A stretch of 64,000 nt of DNA, from contig CM075983.1 of NCBI GenBank assembly GCA_038087875.1, positions 36,394,001 to 36,458,000 of the forward strand, written 5' to 3'. Source of the stretch: Malacoraja senta. Taxonomy: Eukaryota. The notes beneath the pieces were generated by a model, which saw nothing but the letters and a program-made list of their open reading frames with translations, ran no database searches and was not told the DNA's origin. Positions 39,458 to 51,092 of this stretch are shown in pieces. The position numbers and the translations under genes are program-made. How positions within the stretch are numbered: the stretch's first letter is position 1; the number at the start of each line of letters is the position of its first letter.

Positions 39458-42392
39458 GCCAAAATAAAATTATATTGTTTTGTTGCAAGATGGGTGGCTT
39501 AATACTGATGTAGCTGAAAAAGTTATGATTCTTATATTCTGAAGCAGAAATTGGATGGGTAAAGGCTGTATCCTCCCCCAGATACAGCCTGAAGTGCTGA
39601 GTACTTTCAGCATTTGCTGGTTTTGTTTTAGACTTACAGCATCTGCAGTGCTATGTTTGATATTCAAGGATGAAAAATAAATATCTAATGATGGGAGCTA
39701 CACAATTCCTGACCGTCATTGGTGTAGAACAGTCTTTTATTCAAATTTTCATGAACCAGATGAAATTTCTATTGATGCGAAGCATTTTGAGGAATTAGTT
39801 TGCCAGGCATGAAATTTGCTTCAACCCCAAGCGCCCCAACCTGATTGAGATGCTCTGTTTTGTTTCAAACATGTTAAATTTCACAGAAGTGAGCTTGCAT
39901 TGGGAATGTGTGGTTAGAGCTTGACTGTGTTTATGAATGAGACAATTGTTGACAACAGGAATTGTGTAAAAGAGAAAATAGAAAACCAAGCAGCACAGTG
40001 GAGACAATGAACAAAGCAGGCAGGATAATATCAACGATAAAGGAGATGGAGAGCATTGATACCGAAATACTACATTTAATTGAATGTGTTGTGTAAATGC
40101 CAAGCCCAGAGTAGTTTCAGAAGCTGACACACACGTTCAGAAAAGCTGACACAACCTTGAAAAAGCTGCTAACTCACATAACAACCAGTATTTCAAAGGC
40201 ATGTATTGCCCATTAACCAGACCAAAAGGGCTTTGTCTAGCATCAGTGCTTTAAAATGAATAAATTAATTGAGATATTTCATTACATGGGTTTCCAGGGC
40301 TTACACGAGTATTCCCAAATCACGTTTACATTTTCCCCGTTTTCTGGGAAACACAGTACAAATATGTCAGCAAGGGACCCACGATAATCTCACATTCCTC
40401 CAATATGACCTGATTATTTTTTCGGTCCACAAGGGAAATTGAATGGGATTCCTCTCCAAACACACTGCACCCTGCTCATAATCAGCTTTCCTAATTACTG
40501 GATCTGAGTTTAACATATGTTCCATCATTGCCTATTGATATCTCTCATCCTAGTTTATCTCTTGGGGACTAGTCTCAGCGATTTCTTTCCTGGGCCATCC
40601 CAAAGGTCATCAATAACTGTTCATGTAACATCACCATGGAGGCGCTTGCCTTCCATCATTTTACTGCTGATGACTTGAACCTTAGCTTACATCTGGGGAC
40701 AATCATGCCCCTTCCTGAACAATTTTTACTTGGGAATACATCCCACCTCCTGCCCCAGTTACTCTGCTTTACTGGTGTAGTATGTCTTTTTTTCCCCAAA
40801 TCAGACCTTGGTTTCTTCCATCTGGCATGTACTCTGCCTTTGAGAATCTCATCTTTGTTACGACGCTCATCTCAGCGCTGGCGAATGAGACAGATGCCAA
40901 CTCACTGAATGTTTTTCAATGTATGGGTGACAATAATAAATCAATACCAATACTAATAGATGAGACTATGGTGAGGCTAACTACTGAGCAAAGCTGGTGT
41001 GATATCCATTGAAATACTCGATACATTAGCTGGCCTGTCTAAAAACCCTTGCAAAGAATATCAAAGAATGTGGGCAATTTTAGCTCCAATTTTGTACATG
41101 CGTGGCATGGAGTTTGTAATCCATCCTTTACAACATGGAAGTGATGACCAACCTCAGCACTATCCAACCAAAATTTTATTTTCAATGAGGCTTGGAATAC
41201 AGATGTGGTGTGCTTTGGTTTCCTGTAGGAAAATTGAGGTGATGAGCTACAGCGGGAAGATAAAATTGACATACTGATTTGGTGTCTCTAGGGCTGCTTG
41301 ATTGCCTCAGCATTATTCACAGGGTATTGCAGCTTTTGCCAGGAGACATCTTTGGCTGTGTCTCTGGCCAGCCCTACAATGACTGAGTCCCACTGTTTCA
41401 ATAATGTGGACCTTTGGATTTCAATGCAGTGTCTCCAAATGTCAAGAGAGTTATATACCGACAACAGATCAATAACATTTTACTTGCAGCAGCATAGCAA
41501 GCCCGTAAACACAATACACATAGATAATATGTATCAAACAAAAAAATCAATAAATTAATAACCCCAATTCGTGTGTAAAAACAAAAGATGCCTTGAACAT
41601 AATATAGATGGCATCAGAAGTCCCCCGCACATCTAGCAAGCCTACGATGCTGAATAATCTGCTGCTTGCACTCTTTGAAGGAGAAACTGTTGAGGTAAAT
41701 TCTCCTGTGCCAAGGAGCCTTGGTGTCCTTTCAAATGCAGCAATGCTTTGCAGGTTGGGAGAGGTTGGGCAGCATGGAAGAGTGCTGAGGCAAAGAAATG
41801 CAGAACTACTTGGTCTTGATGGGTCAACATGTGGATTTATCCCAGCTCTGTGATTGCTGATGTACCTGCAGCAGGTAGCAGAGCTCTCACCATCCTCTTA
41901 ATGAAGCAGCATCTTCTGAATCTTTGTTACTCACTTAGGTATACGGGAGAACTGGTCATCAAACAAATGTTGGATTGGACTCCTTGATGTGTCTTCCTTC
42001 CCAGGAAACTGGGGCATCGGCCAACAGACACTGCATGGAATTTTACGTTTGTTCTCTGAGGCATTTGGCGTCTGCTGGGGCCATTCCTCATGCCATTGAG
42101 GGGCCATTCCTCATGCTCCCTATCATAATCAACTCTCAGTGACACAGCAGTCAAACAAAGATTCCTGTCACTTGAAGAGTATAGCTGGAGGCTCCTGTCA
42201 AGACTTCTCAAGGTTAATAACTTTGTCCAAGCGTCTCTGCTCAACAAACCTCATGTAATTGATGAATCATTTAAATGTGGCAGATTTGCTTGGGGAAGAT
42301 GGAAGGAGGCAAGGTGTCTTTCTCCATCTAAACAACAAGTGTCTCAGACATGTTTAACACAAGGCATGAACTGGATTATAAAAACCTGGTAT

Positions 42393-43422
42393 TAGCAATG
42401 ATACAAAATTTTGAGATTTAAAAAAAACAATTCTGCAATTTATTCCATCAGATAAAGCATAAAAATAAGTTTAATTTGACACCTAATTCACTTTCATATC
42501 TTCAGTATTAAAAACGTTATGGCCATTTTCATACTCTGAAATTAGCATCTTGTTCCCTATTGCTTTTCCATTGACTTAACTCAAAAGCTGTGATCAAGGA
42601 CAGTCAAAAGCCCATAACTTTCTTAAAAATTAAGAGAACTGAATGAAATTTTCAGTTATTATAGATTGAAGCATTCTGAAACAAATATGAAACAATCTTA
42701 CTTGGATGACCTGAAATTAAAGCATATAATTAGTTAGTTACCCAATTGTAGCTAATTACAAAATTCAATTACTAGATCTAAACATCTATCCATTTCTTAA
42801 GAAAAAGTTAACATTTTTAAATAGCCTAAGTGTTCAAATAACATTCACACAATAATTCACAATATTACATGATTTTTAAATCTCATTGTCATTAATTTAT
42901 AGGCCAAATGGAAGGAATTTAGTGTTTAATTCCCGTAAATTGATGGCCATTTAAATCATCTTGCGAGTGGGTTTTTGTGGAACGTTGCATTTGCGGTGAA
43001 TTTAAACCTCATATCGGCAGGAAAAATACTGCCAGTTCGTATATTTACATAATGACATTTTCGCAACGTGAAATTTTGATTAAAGGCACCCTTAGAAGCA
43101 AGTTTATATATAAAATAAACGGCTTTCCTTTACCTGTCCCGTACATGAAATCCGTCCCCATTGTCGGCGTTGACGGCTTTCGAAGATTATTTTTAATTTA
43201 CTCCTGTTCGTAAAATATCCAGTGAAGTTTAAAAGAAACTTAATAAAACGGCAGTCGAAGCGATTATTCTTTAGCAGCTAAACAGTCTGACAGACATCGA
43301 TTTGAATAGGCAGGAGAAACAAGGCATTTTAAACCCGCCCCCCTCTCAAAGGCGCCAAAGTCGCGCACACGGGCAGTGACAGAACTGCAGCGCTGCTGAA
43401 GGTAAGTTTTGTTACATACCTA
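42393..43422. mobile_element. Unclassified non-autonomous DNA element, 1030 bp, imperfect TIRs, 7-bp TSD
   Basis: Ends TAGCAATGATACAAAATTT and (reverse complement) TAGGTATGTAACAAAACTT match at 14/19; ctggtat at 42386-42392 and 43423-43429; CpG-rich right half. Confidence 0.75.
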
Positions 43423-45149
43423 CTGGTATGGTATGACTGAAATCAAATTAGCATTGGATGGGGATTAAGGTCAGCAATGCCTACTCGGCATGCTTCCCTC
43501 ATGTGCATGCAACACCCAGACTTCAATACAATCTAATTTGTCAGATGGTAGGCTGTATTGGCAATTGCAGGTATACATACGCATGTGTAGTACCAAAGAT
43601 AATGGTGTGCAGTTGGCCAAATTCATAATCATCGACTGTTGAAATGTAGTTAATTGTAATCCAGCTGAGCTGAACTCTGCGAAGTTTGTGAATGATGTTT
43701 CTATTTCATATTCAAGGCATGTTCAGGGTGCACTTTGGTAATAATGTTGTTTCAGTGGAAATTTGTGAAGTTTTATTTGGTAGACTCAAAGCTACCAATA
43801 CCTGGTTTGGAACTGCCCAAACCCCTATGACCTTAACACCAAGTGATCATGGTGTTAAAAATCATTTAAATTCCATCAGGTGGGGCAGATTTAGATACGG
43901 GAATTAGAAGTGAAAAAGAGCTGAAAGCAGTTACTCTTTGGTCCCTTTCACTCTAATTGGTTATTCTGCAGTTGATTAAGTCTACAGTATCTTTCATGTA
44001 CAAAAATGCAAGAATATTCTCTTTTCACTGGTATATTTTGTTATATACCTCATAACTCGAATCATAATTGTTTATTTAGTTTCTTATCCTGAATGTGACT
44101 ACAACTGTCTCCTAACTCTCCGACGGACATTACAGTGTGGTAATCGTCACCAGTTGTAACTGACAGAAGAATATACTGCATCAAATAAAAGTTGTGTTGA
44201 GTGAGTTATAGCCAGCAATACAAAGTCATGGTCTTGCGACTTATATCAATTGTGTAAGATTTGGTCTTGAACAATATCGCATCACCACCCCAGAGTTGTA
44301 ATAGTCTTTCAACAAATATATTTCAAGCCAATTGCAATGTTTAGTCATATATTTTGAAGTAGTATATCATTAACTTCAAAACAAATACAGCAGCACGAAG
44401 AGCAAAGTTTAGTTTTTTTGTGCATTAAAAAAAAATGATATGGAGGCAATTTAGATTTTTATGAAAACATCATAAAACATTACATAATCAAGAAATGTAA
44501 CAAGGTTTCCACATTATGGATTTCCTCCAGGGAAACAAGAAGGATTGAAAGCAAGCCTTGATTTTGACTTGCTTTCCTACCCACTTGGGAAATTTGTATT
44601 TTCTGAGGTGGTGTGAGTAGTTCAGTTTTATATCAAACTTTATCAAAACCTTTCTTTTGCTTTTTGTTAACAATTTAGGAAATTTAGCATTATCCCATGC
44701 CAAGTATTAAGGGAATGCACCAATTTTCTTCTTTAGACTCTCATTATTTATCACAGGATTATTTTATTTATTTATTTTGGGAGGGTGTGGGTTTTGCTAG
44801 TGAAGCCTACATATATTGTCGGTCCTAAATTGTCCTTTAAAAAGTGATTTACTTTCAAGAACTGCTGTGGTCTTACAGACGAAGGTGTTCCTACAAAATT
44901 GTTGGGGAGCAAGTCGAAAAATTTAGATTCAGTGAGATGAATATGCAAATGATATTTTCCCATGTAGCCACTGTTCGTGATAAAGGTGATAGGTTTTGGA
45001 TGTGCACTCGGAGTAGTCCACAAGGATAACTCTAGTGCATTTTACAGATTCACACATTGCAATCAGTGTGCTGATATTCAGGGGCGGATCTACTGTGAAA
45101 CTATTGAAGCCTAATCCTGGAGGAGCCCCAGAAGCATATTCTTCCGATT

Positions 45150-45300
45150 TAAATCCCGCCGCCCCTCCCCTCCCCTCCCACCGGCTCTCTTGGGAAATGC
45201 GCCTGCGCCGCTCTCCGGTTGGAGCTGTTCCACTCACGTGAGGCGCCACCAATGGCCGGGGTGCTATAAATAGCGAGAGCAGGAGAGAGGCGGCGATTAG
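45150..45300 (+). promoter_or_regulatory. CpG-rich Pol II promoter-like cassette
   Basis: GC boxes 45155-45179, NRF1-like TGCGCCTGCGC 45198-45208, E-box TCACGTGA 45234-45241, CCAAT 45249-45253, TATAAATA 45265-45272. Confidence 0.55.
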
Positions 45301-45568
45301 TCGAGGCGCGGATTAGGTGTGAGGTTTAGTTAAATTAAGGTGGGGTTAAGGTGTGAGGTTTATTTGAGTGGCGAGGTTCAGTGAGGTACGGTTTAGTCGA
45401 GGCGAGGTTTAGTCGAGGCAAGGTTTAGGTGTGAGGAGAAGAGTCATGGGATATGGGGAGAAGGCAGGAATGGGGAACTGATTGTGGATGATCATAGAAA
45501 TGTCTATGGTAGATAAAAATGCTGGAGAAACTCAGCGGGTGATGCAGCATCTATGGAGTGAAGGAATA

Positions 45569-45603
45569 GGTGGCGTTTCGGGTCGAGACCCTTCTTCAGA
45601 CTG
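45569..45603 (-). ncRNA. Minimal hammerhead ribozyme core in pLTR, U16.1 mutated
   Basis: Minus strand cagt CTGAAGA A GGG tctcga CCC GAAA CG cC acc. Confidence 0.65.
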
Positions 45604-46177
45604 ATGTGGAGGTGGGGGGGAGAAAAAAGGAAGAGGCGGAAACAGTAGGCTGTGGGAGAGCTGGGAAGGGGAGGGGAAGGAGGGAGAAATTGGAGAAGTA
45701 AATGTTCATACCGCTGGGGTAAAAAACAACCCAAGCGAAATTTGAGGAGCTGCTCCTCCAATTTGCGGTGGGTCTACCTCTGGCCATGGAGGAGGCCCAG
45801 GACAGAAAATTCGGAATGGGAGGCGGGAGTTGAAGTGCTGAGCCACCGGGAGATCAGATTGGTTAATGCGAACTGAGCGGAGGTGTTGGGCGAAGCGATC
45901 GCCAAGCCTGCACTTGGTCGCACCAATGTAGAGCAGTTGACACCTAGAACAGTGGATGCAATAGATGAGGTTGGAGGAGGTGCAGGTGATGGGAAGGGAC
46001 GAATAGACCATCTGCCTGTGAGAATCTGCCTCACCTGGAAAGACTGTTTGGGTCGGATGGAGTCGAGGGGAGAGGTAAAGCGATAAGTGTAGCATTTCCT
46101 GCCGTTGCAAGGGAAAGTACCAGGGGAGGGGATGGTATGGGAGGGAAGGGTCAAAAAGGGGCAGAGAGTTGTGTGTC

Positions 46178-46334
46178 AAGAGAGAGCAAGATAGGGCTCT
46201 TAAAGATGTGAGTCAGTGGATATAGGGAGAAGGCAGGAACGGGGTACTGATTGGGGATGATCAGCCATGATCACATTGGATGGTGGTGCTGGCTCGAAGG
46301 GCCGAATGGCCTACTCCTGCACCTATTGTCTATT
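46178..46334 (+). mobile_element. CR1 3' tail inserted in the Penelope element
   Basis: ggagaaggcaggaacggggtactga...ggctcgaagggccgaatggcctactcctgcacctattgtctatt. Confidence 0.85.
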
Positions 46335-47036
46335 GAGATGGGAAGATGTGGCCAGTGGTGGGATCTCGTTGGAGGTGGCAAAAATGTCGGAGGATTATCT
46401 GTTGTATGTGACGGCTGTTAGGGAGAAAGTTGAGGACAAGGAGACTCTGTCCTTGTTACGAGTGGGGGGGATGGGGAGTGAGAGCGGAGCTACGGGATAT
46501 AGAGGAGACCCTGGTGAGGGCCTCATCTATAGTCGAAGAGGGGAACCCCTGTTCCCTAAAGAATGAGGACATCTCCGATGCCCTGGTTTGGAACACCTCA
46601 TCCTGGGTGCAGTTGCGGTGTTGACGGAGGAATTGGGAGTAGGGGATAGAGTCCTTACAGGAAGCAGGGTGGGAAGAAGTATATTCCAGATAGTCATGGG
46701 AGTCAAACCCACTGACTCCCATGGCTATCCTAACGTGAGGAACTACTGCAGTGATGTCCTTGGACTAGAATGATTGACTTCCTTGAACCAGAACCATCTA
46801 ACCATATTACATTTGAACTGTTTTATTTCTCAACAGGACACACTTCAGCAATTTTCTACAGTATCAGGGACATGTGAGTGTCAAAACTGCTGGAACAGTT
46901 AAACAGAGGTATAACAAGATTGGAATCACTAGTCTTCAGTATTGCAGCCAGGAGGTTGGCTTGTCCTGTAGCTTTGCTGTATGAAGTGCCCTCAGCCATG
47001 TCTTATATTACAAGGAGTGAAGTGATTTGGCTGAAG

Positions 47037-48222
47037 GCTAGCACTATGGCGCAGTTAGCAGAGCCCTGCCTTACAGTGTCACAGACACCAGTTCAATCAG
47101 ACCAGAGACACCAGTTCAATAGGACATCGGGTGCTCTCCATGTGGACTTTGCACATTCTTCCTGTAACCGCATGGGTTTCCTCTGACTGCACTATTTTCC
47201 TCCCACACCTCAAAGGTGTGAAGGTTGGTATAGAAACATAGAAACATAGAAAATTGGTGCAGGAGTAGGCCATTCGGCCCTTCGAGCCTGCACCACCATT
47301 CAATATGATCATGGCTGATCATCCAACTCAGTATCCTGTACCTGCCTTCTCTCCATACCCCCTGATCCCTTTAGCCACAAGGGCCACATCTAACTCCCTC
47401 TTAAATATAGCCAATGAACTGGCCTCAACTACCTTCTGTTGCAGAGAATTCCACAAATTCACCACTCTCTGTGTGAAAAATGATTTTCTCATCTCGGTCC
47501 TAAAAGACTTCCCCCTTATCCTTAAACTGTGACCCCTTGTTCTGGACTTCCCCAACATCGGGAACAATCTTCCTGCATCTAGCCTGTCCAACCCCTTAAG
47601 AATCTTGTAAGTTTCTATAAGATTCCCCCTCAATCTTCTAAATTCTAGCGTGTACAAGCCGAGTCTATCCAGTCTTTCTTCATATGAAAGTCCTGCCATC
47701 CCAGGAATCAGTCTGGTGAACCTTCTCTGTACTCCCTCTATGGCAAGAATGTCTTTCCTCAGATTTGGTGACCAAAACTGTACGCAATACTCCAGGTGTG
47801 GTCTCACCAAGACCCTGTACAACTGCAGTAGAACCTTCCTGCTCTTATACTCAAATCCTTTTGCTATGAATGCTAACATACTATTCGCTTTCTTCACTGC
47901 CTGCTGCACCTGCATGCCTACTTTCAATGACTGGTGTACCATGACACCCAGATCTCGTTTCATCTCCCCTTTTCCTAATCGGCCACCATTCAGATAATAG
48001 TCTACTTTCCTGTTTTTGCCACCAAAGTGGATAACCTCACATTTATCCACATTATATGTTAATTGGTTGCCGTAAATTGCCCCTGGTGTGAGGGTGAGTG
48101 TGAGAATTCGGGGAAGTTGATGAAAAGGTGGGGGAGTAACACATGGGAGTAATGTAGGACTAGTGTAAAGGTTAGGCGCGGTCACAGCAGTTTGAAGAGC
48201 CCGTTTCCATGCTGCATGTCTC
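47037..48222 (+). mobile_element. HE1-like V-SINE split by a CR1 insertion (about 47232-48056)
   Basis: Head and V domain up to ...aggttggta, resuming at tgttaattggttgccgtaaattgcccct...cccgtttccatgctg. Confidence 0.75.
47232..48056 (-). mobile_element. Young 5'-truncated CR1 (HER1-like), open ORF2 C-terminus
   Basis: YNVDKCEVIHFG...LVRPHLEYCVQFWSP...GYGEKAGTGY* uninterrupted; (TTCTATGT)n tail. Confidence 0.95.
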
Positions 48223-48434
48223 AGCTTGCCTTCTCTGATCGTGAGAATCTCAGGAGGAAGCCAAGGCAATCCATGCACTTGGCAATTCTGGCACAAGAGA
48301 GCTGTTAATAATCAATCTTGCCTATAGCACCTACAAGCCGGCTCTTCTGGATCTGAGGACTATTGCTCTTAGAACCTTCCCCTCGAATTAACTATGTTCC
48401 TTTCCACCACATTCTTGACAAAATGTAGCAGGAC

Positions 48435-48868
48435 TGGAGAGCTTGGGTTATGAGAAAGACAGGATAGACCGAGTTGTTTTTCCCGGAATGTAGGAGGCTG
48501 AGGGGTGAGGTTACAGAAGTATATCATGAGGGGATTAGATAAGGTGGCTTTCCACATTATTTTTCCCATAGTAGAGGCATCTAAAACTAGAACCCATATA
48601 TTTAAGGTGAGAGAAGATTTAAAGGGGACTTGAGGGTCAATGTTTTTACACAGTGGGTGGTGGGTATGTGGAACTAGCTGCCAAATGAAATAGTAGAAGC
48701 AGGTACAATTGCATCGTTTCAAAGATAGTTAGACAGGTACATGGACAGGAAAGGTTTACTGGGATATGGGTCACACACAGACAAATAAGACTAACTCATT
48801 CATGTAGGCAACTTGATTGGCATGGATGAGTTGGGCCCAAGGGCCTGTGTCTGTGCTGTATAACTCTG
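48435..48868 (+). mobile_element. Older CR1 3' end
   Basis: ggaggctgaggggtga...tttttacacagtgggtggtgggtatgtggaac...gggcccaagggcctgtgtctgtgctgtataactct. Confidence 0.85.
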
Positions 48869-48871
48869 TTG

Positions 48872-49350
48872 GTTAAGGATTAGGCTTATTATTGTCGCAT
48901 GTATCGATTGGATTCTATCCAATCAAATCAGAAAATACTATACATATACACCATCAAGCCAAGCCAAAGTACAACAAGTAGATCAAAGGGAAGTTATAGA
49001 GTGTTGACTATAGTTCTCAGCATAATAGTGTAAAATATCCTGAAACATATCCTGCAGTGAGGTAAAGGAGAATGAGACTGTGCCCTAGTTTGGGGAAGGA
49101 CTGTTCTGAAGCCTGGTAACAAATAGGAAGAAGCTGTTCCTGAGTCCAGTGATGCTGTCAAGCTTCTGTATCTTCTGCCAGATGGGAGCAGGGAGAAGAA
49201 GGAATGAACGGGGTGGGAACGTCTTTGATAAGGTTAGCTGCTCTTCTGAGGCAGCATGAAGTTTAGATGGAGTCAATGGTGGGAAATCAGGTCTGTGTGA
49301 TGGACTGGGCTACATCCACAACTCTCCGTAATTTCTTGCAGTCTTGCTGT
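48872..49350 (-). mobile_element. Rex1/Babar-like LINE 3' end
   Basis: Minus strand encodes SLLPSGRRYRSL and then LRNSFF; 3'UTR ends gacaataataagc. Confidence 0.7.
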
Positions 49351-49736
49351 TCCAAAAGCAAGCTATGCCTGTAGAGCTCTCATCTGATGAATTGCTCGTG
49401 GAATTTTCGGTTCTGCGTGTTGTGTGCTGCTCTTACATCTTAATGTAGCCCAAAGTTATACTTTCATCAAAATGGCACCTAATTTTTCAACCTGTCTGGT
49501 ACTGCTCCTGGCATGGCCATCCACACTCCGTATTGAACCCGGGTTGACCCCTGGCTTAGTCGTAACAGTAGAGGGAGGGATTATGTAGGACAATGAAATT
49601 AAAATGGTGTACATTTCCGCTGCTGTGGATGGCTCACAATGTCTCGTGGATATCCACTTTTAAGCTGTGATATCAAATCTATTCCATCTAGTGCAATTAT
49701 CTTGGACTTTTATCCTCACAAGGACTGGCTATGGTC

Positions 49737-49933
49737 TAGAAGGAACTGCAGATGCTGGAAAATCGAAGGTAGACAAAAATGCTGGAGAAACTCAGCGGGT
49801 GCAGCAGCATCTATGGAGCGAAGGAAATAGGCCTGTCTGAAGAAGGGTTTCAGTCCGAAACGTTGCCTATTTCCTTCGCTCCATAGATGCTGCCGCACCC
49901 GCTGAGTTTCTCCAGCATTTTTTGTCTACCTGT
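49737..49933. mobile_element. Penelope pLTR fold-back mini-element with exact 9-bp TSD
   Basis: Arms 49767-49832 / 49865-49931 (one mismatch, one 1-nt bulge); gctatggtc at 49728-49736 and 49934-49942. Confidence 0.92.
49833..49867 (+). ncRNA. Minimal type I hammerhead ribozyme core, all core nucleotides intact
   Basis: ctgt CTGAAGA A GGG tttcag TCC GAAA CG TT gcc; predicted cleavage after 49864; stem III reduced to the palindrome ACGT. Confidence 0.72.
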
Positions 49934-51092
49934 GCTATGGTCATATCCACCTGTGTTACTAGGGATTTGTGTTTTGGCCGTAGGAAATCTTTAAGGCAAA
50001 GACGATTTCCCCACAACCTGATCAACACAATCTAGTCGGTTGGTCCTTTGGAACTTGGCCAACTTGCTCATTGGTGGTACTATCAAGCCATACTTGATGA
50101 ACACTAAAGTCCTTATGCAGCTTTGGGCCTTGCTACATTCAGTGGTGCTTCCAAATGTTATTCAACATGCAGGAGCACTGAATCATCACCTGATTTATTT
50201 GGATTTAATTTCAGTTGTAGAAGTTATGGATAGGATAGGTTTGGAGGGATATGAACCAAACACAGGCTGGTTTGTCTAGTGTAGCTGGGACATGTTGGTC
50301 GGTGTGGGCAAGTTGGGCCGTAGGGCCTGTATCCACGCTGTATCACTCTATAACTCTGTTGTTCCATTCATTTCCAGTTTAAGTCAAGCTTGTCAATTTA
50401 TAGTAGTTATTGAGAATAGTGAGACAAGACTGCATGGAATGTAAAGCATTGAACATTTACAGAGAATCACAAGCAAAAAAAACATGAAAATGAATGAGTG
50501 GTTGGATTGCCTTGAATTAAGAATGACTCATATAATATCAATTATTGGAACTCTAGAAATTTCAAAGAACATTTCAAAGCTCCGTAGGCAATATTTTAAA
50601 AAACCTGTTGGAATTTTGTAAGGATATGAAGTTAGTAGGTGACGACTAAAAGGACCTACATTTTCAGAATGACGTTAAATGTTTTTAGACAGATGATAAA
50701 TTATGATTGTAATTTTCTCTTAATGAGCAGTTACAGGTATTGAGTACGCAATGAAGTTCTCTTCTACTGTATATCCTCTATGATTTGTTGCATGGAAGAA
50801 AGAAATAGGCAGCTACTTTTTCTAGCGTTTTGACCTAGGAAACTGTCTGTCAAATAGCCTTGCTACAAATTGATCCATGTAGCCAAACTAAGCTTCTTAC
50901 CTCTCACATGCGCTTCCATTAAAACACTTTCATTTACCTGCAACTATGCTTGTTTTCATTTCAAAATCCTTCTGCAACATTAGTTCATGACTATTCCTCC
51001 TTGAAGCTCAACTACATTAGTTTTCTCGAAAACATTTCTGCCCACCAAATGTCACACAGAGTCCTAAATTCTACTGCTGACGTAATATTTAC

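Larger units (their letters stand above)
45508..46730 (-). mobile_element. Penelope-like (Neptune-type) 3' fragment with pLTR, interrupted by a CR1 tail
   Basis: YLEYTSSHPASCKDSIPYSQFLR, GTFPCNGRKCY, CTSSNLIYCIHCSRCQLLYIGATKCRLGDRFAQH (GIY-YIG); small terminal inversion at 46692-46727. Confidence 0.92.

Noticed and set aside
47328-48296. 322-aa ORF as a host gene
   Set aside because: It is the CR1 ORF2 C-terminus fused by chance to antisense SINE and flanking sequence.
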